A program made the position numbers and the translations under genes. This document shows positions 20,993 through 31,588 of a stretch of 64,000 nt of DNA, in pieces. This DNA comes from Thermoanaerobaculia bacterium (GTDB lineage: Bacteria > Acidobacteriota > Thermoanaerobaculia > JALWYX01): positions 60,423 through 124,422 of the forward strand of contig JALWYX010000034.1 in the NCBI GenBank assembly GCA_027078415.1, written 5' to 3'. Within the stretch, counting starts at the first letter, position 1, and the number at the start of each line of letters is the position of its first letter. The notes under the pieces were generated by a model. That model searched no databases. It was given only the letters and a program-made list of their open reading frames with translations, and was not told the origin of the DNA.

Positions 20993-21051
20993 AATCTCCT
21001 TACCGAAAATATACCAAAAGGATTTTTTAAAAGTAAAGTTAGGGAGGATAT

Positions 21052-22212
21052 ATGAAGATTCATGAATATCAGGCAAAAGAAATATTTAAAAGATTTTCCA
21101 TACCCGTACCTATAGGATACGTGGTAGATGATTTAGAAAAAGTGAAGGAAGTTGTTGTAACGCTAGGAGTTCCCGTTGTAGTAAAAGCTCAGATACATGC
21201 AGGAGGTAGAGGGAAAGGGGGAGGAATCAAATTGGCTAAAATAGCAGCTGAAGCTATAACTGCTGCTAAATCGTTGTTGGGCAAAAAATTAGTTACTCCC
21301 CAAACGGGGCCAGATGGACAACCGGTAAACAAACTTCTTATAGAGAAAGCTGTAGATATAGAAAAAGAATACTACTTAGGAATTCTTCTAGACAGGTCAA
21401 AATCTCTTCCACTTGTTATGGCATCTGCTGCTGGAGGTATGGATATAGAAGAAGTCGCTGCAAAAGATCCTTCTCTTATAAAGCATACACACTTTGACCC
21501 TTTTCTAGGCTTATGGAGTTACCAAAGTAGAGAAATAGCTAAATTTCTAGGTATAGAAAGTAAGTTGCTCAGAAAGTTTGAACAGTTACTAAGATCCTTA
21601 GCAAAACTGTATCTTGAACTAGATGCTTCCCTAGTAGAGATAAATCCTCTGGTTTTAACTAAAGAAGGTGATTTTATCGCTTTAGATGCCAAGATAAACT
21701 TCGACGACAATGCTCTTTTTAGGCATCCAGAGATAATAGAATTGCGAGATTATTCCCAAGAAGATCCCTTAGAAACGGAAGCATCGAGATACAATCTCAA
21801 CTACATAAAATTGGATGGAAATATAGGATGTATGGTAAATGGTGCTGGTTTAGCTATGGCTACCATGGATATAATAAAACTGTATGGAGGAGAACCAGCA
21901 AATTTTCTCGATGTGGGTGGAGGAGCTACTCAAGACGCAGTTAAAAATGCATTTAGAATACTCATATCCGATCCATCTGTAAAGGCGGTGCTTATAAACA
22001 TATTTGGTGGAATTGCCAGAACAGACAGAATTGCTAGAGGAGTAGTTGCTGCTATAGAAGAATTAGGAGAGGTAAAAATACCTGTGGTTGTACGTTTAGA
22101 AGGCACTAACGTTGAAGAAGGAAGACGTATCCTAAGAGAAGCGAACTTCGACTTCATAGTGGCGGAGAATATGTCTGACGCAGCTGAAAAAGTAGTAAAG
22201 GCTGTCTTATAA
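21052..22212 (+). CDS. sucC: Succinyl-CoA synthetase (ADP-forming) beta subunit
   Basis: MKIHEYQAKEIFKRFSIPVP ATP-grasp N-terminus; full-length match to the SucC pattern. Confidence 0.95.
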   Translation: MKIHEYQAKEIFKRFSIPVPIGYVVDDLEKVKEVVVTLGVPVVVKAQIHAGGRGKGGGIKLAKIAAEAITAAKSLLGKKLVTPQTGPDGQPVNKLLIEKAVDIEKEYYLGILLDRSKSLPLVMASAAGGMDIEEVAAKDPSLIKHTHFDPFLGLWSYQSREIAKFLGIESKLLRKFEQLLRSLAKLYLELDASLVEINPLVLTKEGDFIALDAKINFDDNALFRHPEIIELRDYSQEDPLETEASRYNLNYIKLDGNIGCMVNGAGLAMATMDIIKLYGGEPANFLDVGGGATQDAVKNAFRILISDPSVKAVLINIFGGIARTDRIARGVVAAIEELGEVKIPVVVRLEGTNVEEGRRILREANFDFIVAENMSDAAEKVVKAVL

Positions 22213-22232
22213 CATAATTCAAAGGAGGGAGT

Positions 22233-23120
22233 ATGAGTATATGGTTAGATGAAAAGGCACGTGTTGTAGTGCAAGGAATAACTGGTAGAGAAGGTCGATT
22301 TCACGCTATAGCGTGTAAGGAATACGGTACAAATATAGTAGCTGGAGTAACACCCGGCAAAGGAGGACAAGAAGTAGAAGGAATCCCGGTTTTTGATACT
22401 GTAAGAGAAGCTACAGAAAAAACAGGATGTAACGTATCTTTGATATTTGTTCCTCCTCCATTTGCAGCAGACGCTATAATAGAAGCAGCAGATTGTGGTA
22501 TGGAACTTATAGTATGTATAACTGAAGGAATACCTATACGAGACATGTTATATGTAAAAGATTTTCTTCAAAAATCTAACTCTCGTTTGATAGGCCCAAA
22601 TTGTCCAGGAATCATAACTCCCGGTAAAGCAAAAGTAGGTATAATGCCAGGACATATACATAAAGCTGGTAATATAGGAATCGTTAGTAGATCTGGAACT
22701 CTTACATACGAAGCTGTATGGCAACTTACCAATCTGGGTCTTGGGCAAAGCACATGTGTGGGTATAGGAGGTGACCCTGTAAACGGTACAAACTTTATCG
22801 ACGTTCTTAAAGCCTTTGAGGAAGATGAAGAAACAGTAGCGGCTGTTATGATAGGAGAGATAGGAGGAAGTGCAGAAGAAGAAGCTGCTGAATGGATTAA
22901 AAATAACTTTTCAAAACCTGTAGTAGCTTACATAGCCGGAATAACCGCTCCTCCAGGGCGTAGGATGGGACACGCAGGAGCCATTATAATGGGAGGAAAA
23001 GGTACAGCTGAAGGAAAGATGCAAGCTCTTAGACAAGCCGGTGTAACTGTAGTTGAATCACCTGCCCAGATAGGTGAAGCAGTTGCAGAAGTATTAAAAA
23101 AGAGAGAAGTAAAACCCTAA
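22233..23120 (+). CDS. sucD: Succinyl-CoA synthetase alpha subunit
   Basis: [15 protein letters not shown] CoA-binding motif. Active-site His region GHAGAII. Confidence 0.95.
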   Translation: MSIWLDEKARVVVQGITGREGRFHAIACKEYGTNIVAGVTPGKGGQEVEGIPVFDTVREATEKTGCNVSLIFVPPPFAADAIIEAADCGMELIVCITEGIPIRDMLYVKDFLQKSNSRLIGPNCPGIITPGKAKVGIMPGHIHKAGNIGIVSRSGTLTYEAVWQLTNLGLGQSTCVGIGGDPVNGTNFIDVLKAFEEDEETVAAVMIGEIGGSAEEEAAEWIKNNFSKPVVAYIAGITAPPGRRMGHAGAIIMGGKGTAEGKMQALRQAGVTVVESPAQIGEAVAEVLKKREVKP

Positions 23121-23134
23121 AGACGGGAGGAGAA

Positions 23135-23551
23135 ATGAAAGAGAGGACCCTAGCCATTATAAAACCAGACAGCTTTAAAAAAGGAAGAGTAGGAGAAATT
23201 CTCTCTTTTCTTGAAAAAAAAGGTTTCAACATTCTAGCACTTAAAAGTAGATTACTTTCTCGCAAAACAGCGGCGGAGTTCTATAAAGTCCATGCAGATA
23301 AACCGTTTTTCGATAGCTTGCTTAACTTTATGACTGAAGAAAAATGCGTAGTAGTTGCACTCGAGAGAGAAAATGCAGTAGAGTATCTACGTGAAGTTAT
23401 GGGAGCTACAGATCCAGCAAAAGCAGAAAAAGGTACTATAAGAGCTTTATACGGAGAAAACATAGAAAGAAACGCTATTCACGGCAGCGACTCTATAGAA
23501 AATGCTAAACGTGAGCTGAATTTCTTTTTCTCGGAGGAAGAATTGATATAA
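23135..23551 (+). CDS. ndk: Nucleoside diphosphate kinase
   Basis: LAIIKPDSF ... NAIHGSDS (active-site His). Confidence 0.95.
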   Translation: MKERTLAIIKPDSFKKGRVGEILSFLEKKGFNILALKSRLLSRKTAAEFYKVHADKPFFDSLLNFMTEEKCVVVALERENAVEYLREVMGATDPAKAEKGTIRALYGENIERNAIHGSDSIENAKRELNFFFSEEELI

Positions 23552-23552
23552 A

Positions 23553-23801
23553 ATGTTTAGGGCAATTTACGCCATACCAGAATCGCAAATAATATCTCCA
23601 GACAAGAAAACAAAACGCGTCGCGAAATTTTGTAAAATATGTTACGAGTTTTTTCCGCTATATGCGTTAACTCATAAACATTATACGCTACTAGGTAAAG
23701 ATCACGTACAGGTTACCTGTAGCTGTGAAGGATCTGAGTTTACAGAAGGTGCCGAATGGTGGGAGTACGCAGTCGTAGAAATAATCTCAGATGAGCAGTG
23801 A
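23553..23801 (+). CDS. Hypothetical small Cys-rich protein
   Basis: 82-aa ORF starting 2 nt after ndk. CKIC...CSC cysteines could form a Zn site. Confidence 0.4.
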   Translation: MFRAIYAIPESQIISPDKKTKRVAKFCKICYEFFPLYALTHKHYTLLGKDHVQVTCSCEGSEFTEGAEWWEYAVVEIISDEQ

Positions 23802-24429
23802 AAAAGATATTTCTATAGATCCACAAAGATTGAAAAGAGCGTATAAGGTACAAGCAAGTTTCTACGATAAAATATTTAACAGCCGTGTTTTTGTAGAGGG
23901 ACGTAAAAGGGCAATAGAACTACTAGCACCATCTAACGAGGACAGTATAATAGATGTTGGAGCAGGGACAGGGTTAAACTTGCTTTATTTTCGCAATTAT
24001 AAAAGTATAGTAGAAACAGATTTTTCCTACGAAATGTTATCTAAAGCTTACAAAAGAGCCCAGATACTCGGTATTAACGCAGAGTTTATAATAGCAGATG
24101 CGTGTGCATTACCCTTTGAAAACGGCAGTTTTGACTGTGCTATAGCAAGTTACGTAATAAGTGCAGTTCCCAAACCGATTCAAGTATTAAAAGAGATGAA
24201 ACGAGTGGTTAAAAAAGGAGGAAGAATTGTAATAATAAACCACTTTAGAAGCGAAAATAATGTAATAGCTTTTTTTGAAGATCTTGTCGAAGGTGTATGT
24301 TCCTATCTAGGGTGGAAAAGTAATCTTCCATTTGAAGAAACTATTCATAAAGCTGGGCTTATTCCCATATATACCGAAAAGGTGAATTTCCTAAACGGAT
24401 GGACGCTGGCTCTATTCATAGTAGATTAA
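23791..24429 (+). CDS. Class I SAM-dependent methyltransferase (Methyltransf_11-like)
   Basis: Motif I IDVGAGTGLN and post-I acidic residue. About 210 aa. Confidence 0.8.
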   Translation: MSSEKDISIDPQRLKRAYKVQASFYDKIFNSRVFVEGRKRAIELLAPSNEDSIIDVGAGTGLNLLYFRNYKSIVETDFSYEMLSKAYKRAQILGINAEFIIADACALPFENGSFDCAIASYVISAVPKPIQVLKEMKRVVKKGGRIVIINHFRSENNVIAFFEDLVEGVCSYLGWKSNLPFEETIHKAGLIPIYTEKVNFLNGWTLALFIVD

Positions 24430-25895
24430 TGCGCCCCTTTGCCACTTAAAATTGCCGGTACAGTCCTAATCATTATCTTCAAATCGAGCCATAAAGACCA
24501 GGAGTCTATATACTTCATATCAAGCGCCATCCACTCGTTAAAATCGAGTTCCGATCTACCGCTTACTTGCCATAAACCTGTAATACCAGGTTTCATAGAT
24601 AACCTGCGTTTTTGCCATCTCTTATACCTCTTAACCTCATCTGGAATAGGAGGACGAGGACCTACCAGAGACATGTCACCTTTCAAAACGTTCCACAATT
24701 GGGGCAACTCGTCCAAACTATAACGACGTAAAAATTTACCAATAGAAGTGACTCTAGGATCATCTTTAGCTTTAAACGCTGGACCGTTAACCGTGTTCAG
24801 ATGTCTAACTTCTTCCAACCTCTTTTCAGCATCTTCTACCATAGTTCTAAACTTATACAGAGTAAATTCTCTGCCGTTTAAACCGCATCTCCGCTGTTTA
24901 AAAAATACAGGTCCTCTAGAAGTGATTTTTATAAGAATCGCTACTGCCATTATAATAGGTGCCAACATAACCAATAACAAAATAGAAACAACTATATCTA
25001 TAACTCTTTTTAAAAATAGCTGTACAGCAGTAGCAGGAGTATTAGAAAATGTTATAACAGGTACTTGGGCAAAAGAGGAAATTTCTACCCAAGCTCTATT
25101 ATGGGGAAAAATATCTAGTGAAAATAGGGTTCTTATTCCCAACTCTTCAAGAGCAAGTATTTTATTTGCAAGTCTACCTAGTTCCTTAGCATTCACCGCA
25201 AACAACACGTCATCAACAACGTTTTCTTCCACAATCCTATTTAAATCATCTATATCTCCTAATACAGGATAACCAGCAAAAGTTCTACTCTTACTAGAAC
25301 TATTAGGAGCTAAAACTCCTACAACTTTAAACCCCCAGTGAGGATTACGTCGTAAATTTATAAGAAACTTACGCGCTGTTTCTCCTATACCAACTATTAA
25401 AATGGTTCTGTAGTTATAACCTCTACTACGTAGATAGCGCGATAGAGTACGAATAAAAAGCTTCTCTCCAGATATAAGTAAAGTGAGAAACAATATGAAC
25501 AAAGCTAACAAGCTACGAGGAAATCTATGATAAGTAAGTATCTCATCTATCCTGGAAAGAAATATTAATACACCAAAAGTTAACATCGTATAAAAACTGA
25601 TTTTTATAACAGTCTTGACCTCTTCTCTTATAGAGAGAGTTCTCCAAGACCTGTACAAACCCAACTTTATAGCATAAAAACTCCATATTATTATTAAAAT
25701 CAGAAGTAATATTAGATAATCTTTAAATTCAAGAATTGGAGTAGGAAAAGAGGAAGGGAAAAAAGCAGGTAGAAAAGAGTTTCTTATAACATAAGAGATA
25801 GCAAACGCTAAAATTAGGAAAAACAGATCTAATATATAGAAAGCAATAGTAATAATTTTTCCTTGTTCTTTAAGCATTTGTACACAATTTAACAA
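24426..25895 (-). CDS. Polyprenyl-phosphate sugar phosphotransferase (WbaP / exopolysaccharide priming glycosylphosphotransferase family)
   Basis: Four to five N-terminal TM helices. C-terminal bacterial sugar transferase domain KRVIDIVVS...GPVFFKQRRCG...LDELPQLWNVLKGDMSLVGPRP. Confidence 0.85.
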   Translation of the reverse strand: MLNCVQMLKEQGKIITIAFYILDLFFLILAFAISYVIRNSFLPAFFPSSFPTPILEFKDYLILLLILIIIWSFYAIKLGLYRSWRTLSIREEVKTVIKISFYTMLTFGVLIFLSRIDEILTYHRFPRSLLALFILFLTLLISGEKLFIRTLSRYLRSRGYNYRTILIVGIGETARKFLINLRRNPHWGFKVVGVLAPNSSSKSRTFAGYPVLGDIDDLNRIVEENVVDDVLFAVNAKELGRLANKILALEELGIRTLFSLDIFPHNRAWVEISSFAQVPVITFSNTPATAVQLFLKRVIDIVVSILLLVMLAPIIMAVAILIKITSRGPVFFKQRRCGLNGREFTLYKFRTMVEDAEKRLEEVRHLNTVNGPAFKAKDDPRVTSIGKFLRRYSLDELPQLWNVLKGDMSLVGPRPPIPDEVKRYKRWQKRRLSMKPGITGLWQVSGRSELDFNEWMALDMKYIDSWSLWLDLKIMIRTVPAILSGKGAH

Positions 25896-26976
25896 ACAAA
25901 TCGGAATATAAAGTGGCGATTTTTTCCCATCTAAACAGTTTCAATGCTCTTTTTCGAGCCATTTGCCCCATTACTTCTGCCACTGAACGATTTTCATCTA
26001 TTTTATAAAACAGTTCACTCAACGAGTCAATTTTGTCAAGTTTAAAAAAAAACGCAGTATTACCAGCAGCTTCTCTATTCTCTGGAATATCGCTGAGCAA
26101 TAACGCCCTACCTGCCCCCATAGCTTCGATAACAGCAGGATGTACTCCTCCTAACTCATATGCATGTACTGTAGCCAACGCATTACACACAAGTTCTTTA
26201 TAGTACCTATCGTAAATAGCGCCTGTAAACAAAACTCTGTCATCCGCTAAACTTTTTACGTACTCTTTGTACTTCGAAGCGTAAGGTGCATCACCAACTA
26301 ATACTAAAGGAATATTACCTCTATACTCACGATAAGCCGATACAACAAAATCCGCATTGTTTTCCGGTTCCAGCCTAGCTACATATAGGAAATAGTTATT
26401 TTTTTTTAATCCATAACTAGCCAACATTTTTCCAGGCGGCGTATAGTCAAAATCAGCACCGTAATAAATCACTTCAGCCTGCACGTCAAATTGCTCCAAC
26501 CAACGTGCATTGTAAGTAGAATCTGTTACAACCTTATCTGCTAGTTTACAACCTAAAGGTACAGATGCCTTATGAATACTCCTTCCAACAAAACCCCATT
26601 TCCTACGCATATACTCTCTACCATCCACATGAAGAACAACCGGAATTTTATAAACAGATATAAGAGGAATAACAAAAGAGTTTGCTGAATTTACCAAAAA
26701 AACTATATCAGGTTTTACTAGAGGAAGATGTATAGTTGATAACAAAGTATGAAAGGGTGTATCTAAATATTTATTACGAATCGTCGGAAGCCATATTATA
26801 GACGCACCCTTGTAAAACCTAGGAGTTCTGTGAAAAAAATAGTTTCTGGAATAGACGTAAACGGAAAATTGTCCTTTAGAAAGAATAGGTACTATATTAT
26901 CGATCAAAGTTTCATAACCCCCATATCTAGCTGGGATTCCTCTAGAACCTAAAATAGCTAACGAATACTTCTTCAT
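25870..26976 (-). CDS. Glycosyltransferase family 4 (GT-B fold)
   Basis: N-terminus LAILGSRGIPARYGGYETL (DUF1972-like GT4 N-domain). C-terminal GGVHPAVIEAMGAGRALL E-x7-E motif. The start is set at the MKKYS Met because the longer form overlaps the divergent GT2 gene. Confidence 0.7.
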   Translation of the reverse strand: MKKYSLAILGSRGIPARYGGYETLIDNIVPILSKGQFSVYVYSRNYFFHRTPRFYKGASIIWLPTIRNKYLDTPFHTLLSTIHLPLVKPDIVFLVNSANSFVIPLISVYKIPVVLHVDGREYMRRKWGFVGRSIHKASVPLGCKLADKVVTDSTYNARWLEQFDVQAEVIYYGADFDYTPPGKMLASYGLKKNNYFLYVARLEPENNADFVVSAYREYRGNIPLVLVGDAPYASKYKEYVKSLADDRVLFTGAIYDRYYKELVCNALATVHAYELGGVHPAVIEAMGAGRALLLSDIPENREAAGNTAFFFKLDKIDSLSELFYKIDENRSVAEVMGQMARKRALKLFRWEKIATLYSDLFVKLCTNA

Positions 26977-27010
26977 TTTCACCGGGTGAAGTAATATTAT
27001 AGCTAAATCT

Positions 27011-27916
27011 ATGATGAGTAAATCCGAGAAGATAACAGTAGTTATCATATATTACGGAAAAGCTAAACAACTAGAAGAAAACTTAAAAAAATGGAATACA
27101 TCAGATCAATTAGAAATATATTTAATAGACAATCTCGGTGATCTCAGAAACAGGTATAATAAACTGCCCGATACAATAACCATAATTGCTCCACCCTATA
27201 ACCTGGGATTTGCCGGTTCTATAAATCTAGTAACTTCAATAGCAAAAAACAACAACATATTAGTAGCAAACAGCGATGTTTACCCACTTGATAGGACAAC
27301 AATCACCTATTTGTCAAAAGCGTTTAAAATCTATCCAGATGCGGATATAGTAGTACCTAAATTACTGTTTCCCAGTCTAAAAGAGCAAACAGGTTGGCAA
27401 ATAAAAAAAGGATTAAACTTCCTACACCTCCTCTCGTTTCTCTTCTTTTTCGATACGCGTAAAAGTACTTATCCTCTTGCCGGTAAAATATACTCTCAAC
27501 CCGCAGGAGCTGCTCTCCTTTTCAAAAGGTCCGCTCTTGAAAAATTGGGAGGACTTGATGCGACATTCTATCCAGCTTGGTTTGAAGACGTAGATCTATA
27601 TATCCGTAGTTGTAAAAAACAGATAAATATCGTATACTACCCCTACTCTATTTTTATACATAAACTAGGTGAATCAATAGATACAATAGGATTTAAAACT
27701 TTTACTTACACATTTATGATCAACTTTTTCAGATTGATCAAAAAATTTTATCCTAAATACTCTCTACTTTTAGCAATTTTACTTCCGATAGCAATGCTAA
27801 TACGTGCCGCTATTGCCTTAATATATCTCCCTAAGAAAGCCAAAAACGTAAAAGAAGCTGTAACAACGTTTCTTAAAGTACCTATTAAAGTATGGAAAGA
27901 GATTATTCTGTCGTAA
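27011..27916 (+). CDS. Glycosyltransferase family 2
   Basis: ITVVIIYYG...D-rich GT2 N-domain, with C-terminal TM helices. Confidence 0.6.
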   Translation: MMSKSEKITVVIIYYGKAKQLEENLKKWNTSDQLEIYLIDNLGDLRNRYNKLPDTITIIAPPYNLGFAGSINLVTSIAKNNNILVANSDVYPLDRTTITYLSKAFKIYPDADIVVPKLLFPSLKEQTGWQIKKGLNFLHLLSFLFFFDTRKSTYPLAGKIYSQPAGAALLFKRSALEKLGGLDATFYPAWFEDVDLYIRSCKKQINIVYYPYSIFIHKLGESIDTIGFKTFTYTFMINFFRLIKKFYPKYSLLLAILLPIAMLIRAAIALIYLPKKAKNVKEAVTTFLKVPIKVWKEIILS

Positions 27917-28863
27917 TAGTTACCCACAATTCAGCTCCAGATATTGCTAAAGCTCTACAACATCTATATTCGCAAACTCTAAAGCCCAAAACTACTGTAA
28001 TTGTGGATTCGGGCAGTAAAGATAACACTATACCTATTGTGAAAACTCTTCAATATACCAACTTGAAGGTAATAGAACTACAGAATAATGTAGGTTTTGC
28101 TTCGGCACTTAATATAGGAATAGAAAATACAGATTCTCCATGGATACTTTCTTTGAATCCTGATACTCGTATGGAGATACTATACAGCGAGAATATACTA
28201 AATGCGCTTAGCTATTATAGATACGACAGAATCGCATCTGGTACTGGTAGACTAGTTAGATTGGAACAAACCAACATCTTAGACTCTTGCGGAATATACA
28301 TAAATCCAACTTGGCGTCACTTCGACAGAGGTAGCAATAAGGTTATATCTCACTCTTATATACAACCTGGATTTGTATTCGGTGCCACTGGTGCAGCCAG
28401 TTTTTACAATAGAGAAGCGTTAGAAGACGTACAGCTTGAAAAGAGTAAATTTGACCCTTTGTTTCATTCATACAGAGAAGACGCTGAAATAGCCTTTAGG
28501 TTGCAACAGAGAGGGTGGAAAACTGTATATATTCCCTACGCTGTATGTTACCACCGCAGGCAAGTACTACCTGAAAAAAGATCTAAATTATCAAAACATA
28601 TAAACTATCACTCCTTAAAAAACAGGTACCTTCTACGCTTATATCACCAAACCTTTACAAACCTGATTTTAACTTTGCCTATAATCTTACCGCGTGAAAT
28701 AGGGATTGTACTATATTTAATATTCAAAGAGCGCAACAGCTTAAAAGCTTATAGATGGTTATGGAACAACAGAAAGTTGATAATAGAGAGAAGAAAAGAG
28801 ATAAAGAGCAAAAAGCTAATTTCCTTTAACAAATGGTTTTTCAGACGCATATTACCTACTTAA
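27892..28863 (+). CDS. Glycosyltransferase family 2
   Basis: YSVVIVTHNSAPDI...VIVDSGSKDNT...DxD-type region. Confidence 0.75.
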   Translation: MERDYSVVIVTHNSAPDIAKALQHLYSQTLKPKTTVIVDSGSKDNTIPIVKTLQYTNLKVIELQNNVGFASALNIGIENTDSPWILSLNPDTRMEILYSENILNALSYYRYDRIASGTGRLVRLEQTNILDSCGIYINPTWRHFDRGSNKVISHSYIQPGFVFGATGAASFYNREALEDVQLEKSKFDPLFHSYREDAEIAFRLQQRGWKTVYIPYAVCYHRRQVLPEKRSKLSKHINYHSLKNRYLLRLYHQTFTNLILTLPIILPREIGIVLYLIFKERNSLKAYRWLWNNRKLIIERRKEIKSKKLISFNKWFFRRILPT

Positions 28864-30198
28864 AACATTGCTATTAACAACTCTTTTCTTAAAATTGTTA
28901 TTTATTGCAGTCTGCTTATTAAGATTTTCAAACATTTCGTTACACTTAGAAGAAAGCACTTCACACAAGTTTCTATTCTCATCAAAATCGTTTCTCAAAT
29001 CGTAAAGTTCCTTCTCTAAACCACCTATAAATTTCCAGTTTCCTACAATCAGAGAAGCACTATAGTTACTTACGCTTCTAGACTCTGCTAATATAAAACG
29101 ATCACTATCAGAAAAACTTACAATAGTTGGGATTAAAGAGATTCCTTGAAAAACTATCTCTTTTTTATCTATTCCTAAAATATCTAACAAAGTAGGTGTA
29201 ACATCTATAAGAGAAACATTTGTAGGTATCTTTTTAGTTCCAACTTTAGGTATATAGATAAACAGAGGAACATGTAACGTTTCATTGTAAAGTTGAGAAT
29301 GTAAAAAGTTACCATGTTCACCAAATTCTTCACCATGGTCCGAAGTAAAAACTACTACCGTTTTAGGAAATTTATCGATAACTTCTTTAAGTAAAGGCGC
29401 AATTTTCTCAAGGGTATATCTGACTAGAGCATCGTATAAAGAAATAAGTCTGCGTACATCAAGTTCGTTAGACAGATTAAATTGGTTCCAAAACCTATCT
29501 CGTATCTCAGGAAAACTGATAATCGATGAATTCAATTTTCTGAATTCTTTCCAGCTTACCACGAAATTGTTTTTATCTTTCCAAAAGATATCTAACCCAT
29601 CCTCCGGTAAAAGGTAAGGATCGTGCGGACCGTAAGTATGGAAAAAAAGAAAAAAAGGTTCCTTTGCATCGTTTAACCATGCTAAAGCTTCTTTTACATA
29701 ACCCCATCTATCGTAACGTTTAGAAGGTTGTCCTTTATTCAGATAAAAGTCAAAACCTCTGTTAAAGCCAAAAATGCCTGATACGTTTCCTCCGCCGTGA
29801 AATCCTACCGTAGTATACCCTGCATCTTTAAGTATCTCTGCTATAGTGGGTAGGTTACCGTTTATAACTGTTTGTTTACGAAAGTAACGTGTTATATTTC
29901 TAACTCCATGTATTTCAGGATAAACACCTGTAAACAAAGACGCGTGGGAAGGAGCTGTAAAGGGTGATGGTGCAAAAGCTCTTTCGAAAATTACACTTTT
30001 TTTTACAAAAAAATCTATCACAGAAGAAGTATCTCTAAAGTAGCCATATTGCGACATATGCTTCGCTGCAAGGGTATCTACAGATACTATAACTACATTG
30101 CATCTTCTACATTCTATTTCCTCGGAACTTCTACAATTCCACAAAAGAAAACTAAAGATAACCAAGAACTTCCAGCTCTTTTTTAAGATCATCGTCAA
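28852..30198 (-). CDS. Sulfatase-family (alkaline-phosphatase superfamily) lipoprotein S1, non-canonical nucleophile
   Basis: VIVSVDTLAAKH metal-site motif. FTAPSHASLFTGVYPEIHG in place of CxPxRxxxLxTGxYPxxHG. TSDHGEEFGEHG metal motif. Signal peptide. Confidence 0.75.
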   Translation of the reverse strand: MTMILKKSWKFLVIFSFLLWNCRSSEEIECRRCNVVIVSVDTLAAKHMSQYGYFRDTSSVIDFFVKKSVIFERAFAPSPFTAPSHASLFTGVYPEIHGVRNITRYFRKQTVINGNLPTIAEILKDAGYTTVGFHGGGNVSGIFGFNRGFDFYLNKGQPSKRYDRWGYVKEALAWLNDAKEPFFLFFHTYGPHDPYLLPEDGLDIFWKDKNNFVVSWKEFRKLNSSIISFPEIRDRFWNQFNLSNELDVRRLISLYDALVRYTLEKIAPLLKEVIDKFPKTVVVFTSDHGEEFGEHGNFLHSQLYNETLHVPLFIYIPKVGTKKIPTNVSLIDVTPTLLDILGIDKKEIVFQGISLIPTIVSFSDSDRFILAESRSVSNYSASLIVGNWKFIGGLEKELYDLRNDFDENRNLCEVLSSKCNEMFENLNKQTAINNNFKKRVVNSNVLSR

Positions 30199-31588
30199 TC
30201 TCTAAAACTTTTCCTTTACCACCACCGCTAACGCTACTCAATATCTCTTTTAGCATCTCTTGCAGTAAATCAACAATCCCCGGGTGTATAGAACTTACAT
30301 CTTTTTTTTCTTTAGGGTCGGTTTTTAGGTTGAAAAGTAGGCGTTTATCCTCACCCCTAAGGATAAACTTAAACAAGCTTTTGTCCACTACAGCTACAGA
30401 ATCTGGACCGTAAGCAGGTGATTCTATGAAGACTAACTCTTTTTTTTCGCAAAACCCCTCCTCTAAAAAATTCGCACCTCTCCATCTACCAACTTTAGGC
30501 AGGTTCAAAATTGCGGCCAATGTAGGCATTATATCTATGTGACTTACTATGCAGTTTACATTTCTTCTGTTTATACCTTTCCCACCAATCACTATAACAC
30601 TACGGACAAGCTCTTCGAACATAGTATGCCCGTGACCTATACCGTAAATATTCCGCGGATCGTCTTTCCAACGCCACTGTAGATCTACATGATCCCAAAA
30701 TTCTTCTCCATGGTCTGTAGTAATTAAAAAGATAAAATTATCAGCTATTTTACTTCTCAAAAATAGGAAGAGACGCCTTATTTCACTGTCTACATACCTA
30801 AGTGTAGCATCGTAAAGCTTTATTTTATTACTCTTGTATTCGATAAACTCTTGGTCCGCAAAGTTAAAAATCTCACCAAACCTCCAACCAGCATACTTTT
30901 TGGCGTCATCTATTGCAAAAAGCTTCACAAACTCCTGAGGTGGTTCCAAAGGATGGTGTGGATCCATATACTGAATGTACAGGAAAAACGGTTGCTCAAC
31001 CTTATCAACAGCATCTATAGCAAGATCTGTGAGTTTCCTAGCGGAGACTCTTTTAGAAAAGTGAAAATCCGTAGCAGGAGCAAAATTTTTATTCAAATAG
31101 GGATTAGCGGAAAAAAATAGTGAACTGTAACCGTATTTTTTAAAATACTCGGTTGCTAAAACCACCTCTTCCAAAGGTTGTCTACTCTTATCTTTTATAC
31201 CCAACCAGCGCATCTTCCCTCTCTCACCAACACCTGCTCCATGTTCCGAAGGATACAGAGAAGATAGTATAGAAGCAACAGACGGAACTGTCCAATTAGA
31301 ATGGGAATATACACGTTCAACTATCACAGAATTGGCGGCGATAAAATCTATATTGGGAGTCGTATCTCTCATATAGCCCATAAAAGAAAAATGATCGTAC
31401 CTAGCAGTATCTATTACAACAACTATTACATTTGAAGGTCCCTCTTTCTCTTTACTACTTTCGGAGGGTTTGTGGCAGGATAGTAAAAAAAATGGAAAAA
31501 ATAAATAGAAAAGGAGGTGGAAAAATCCACCTCCTTTCCTAAGAACTTTTCTAGATCTTTTACGGCATTCTATAAGCCTCAAATTCAT
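30152..31588 (-). CDS. Sulfatase-family lipoprotein S2, non-canonical nucleophile
   Basis: Lipobox LLSC. VVVIDTARYDHF. WTVPSVASILSSLYPSEHG. TTDHGEEFWDH. C-terminal tail ...LKKELEVLGYL. Confidence 0.75.
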   Translation of the reverse strand: MNLRLIECRKRSRKVLRKGGGFFHLLFYLFFPFFLLSCHKPSESSKEKEGPSNVIVVVIDTARYDHFSFMGYMRDTTPNIDFIAANSVIVERVYSHSNWTVPSVASILSSLYPSEHGAGVGERGKMRWLGIKDKSRQPLEEVVLATEYFKKYGYSSLFFSANPYLNKNFAPATDFHFSKRVSARKLTDLAIDAVDKVEQPFFLYIQYMDPHHPLEPPQEFVKLFAIDDAKKYAGWRFGEIFNFADQEFIEYKSNKIKLYDATLRYVDSEIRRLFLFLRSKIADNFIFLITTDHGEEFWDHVDLQWRWKDDPRNIYGIGHGHTMFEELVRSVIVIGGKGINRRNVNCIVSHIDIMPTLAAILNLPKVGRWRGANFLEEGFCEKKELVFIESPAYGPDSVAVVDKSLFKFILRGEDKRLLFNLKTDPKEKKDVSSIHPGIVDLLQEMLKEILSSVSGGGKGKVLEIDDDLKKELEVLGYL

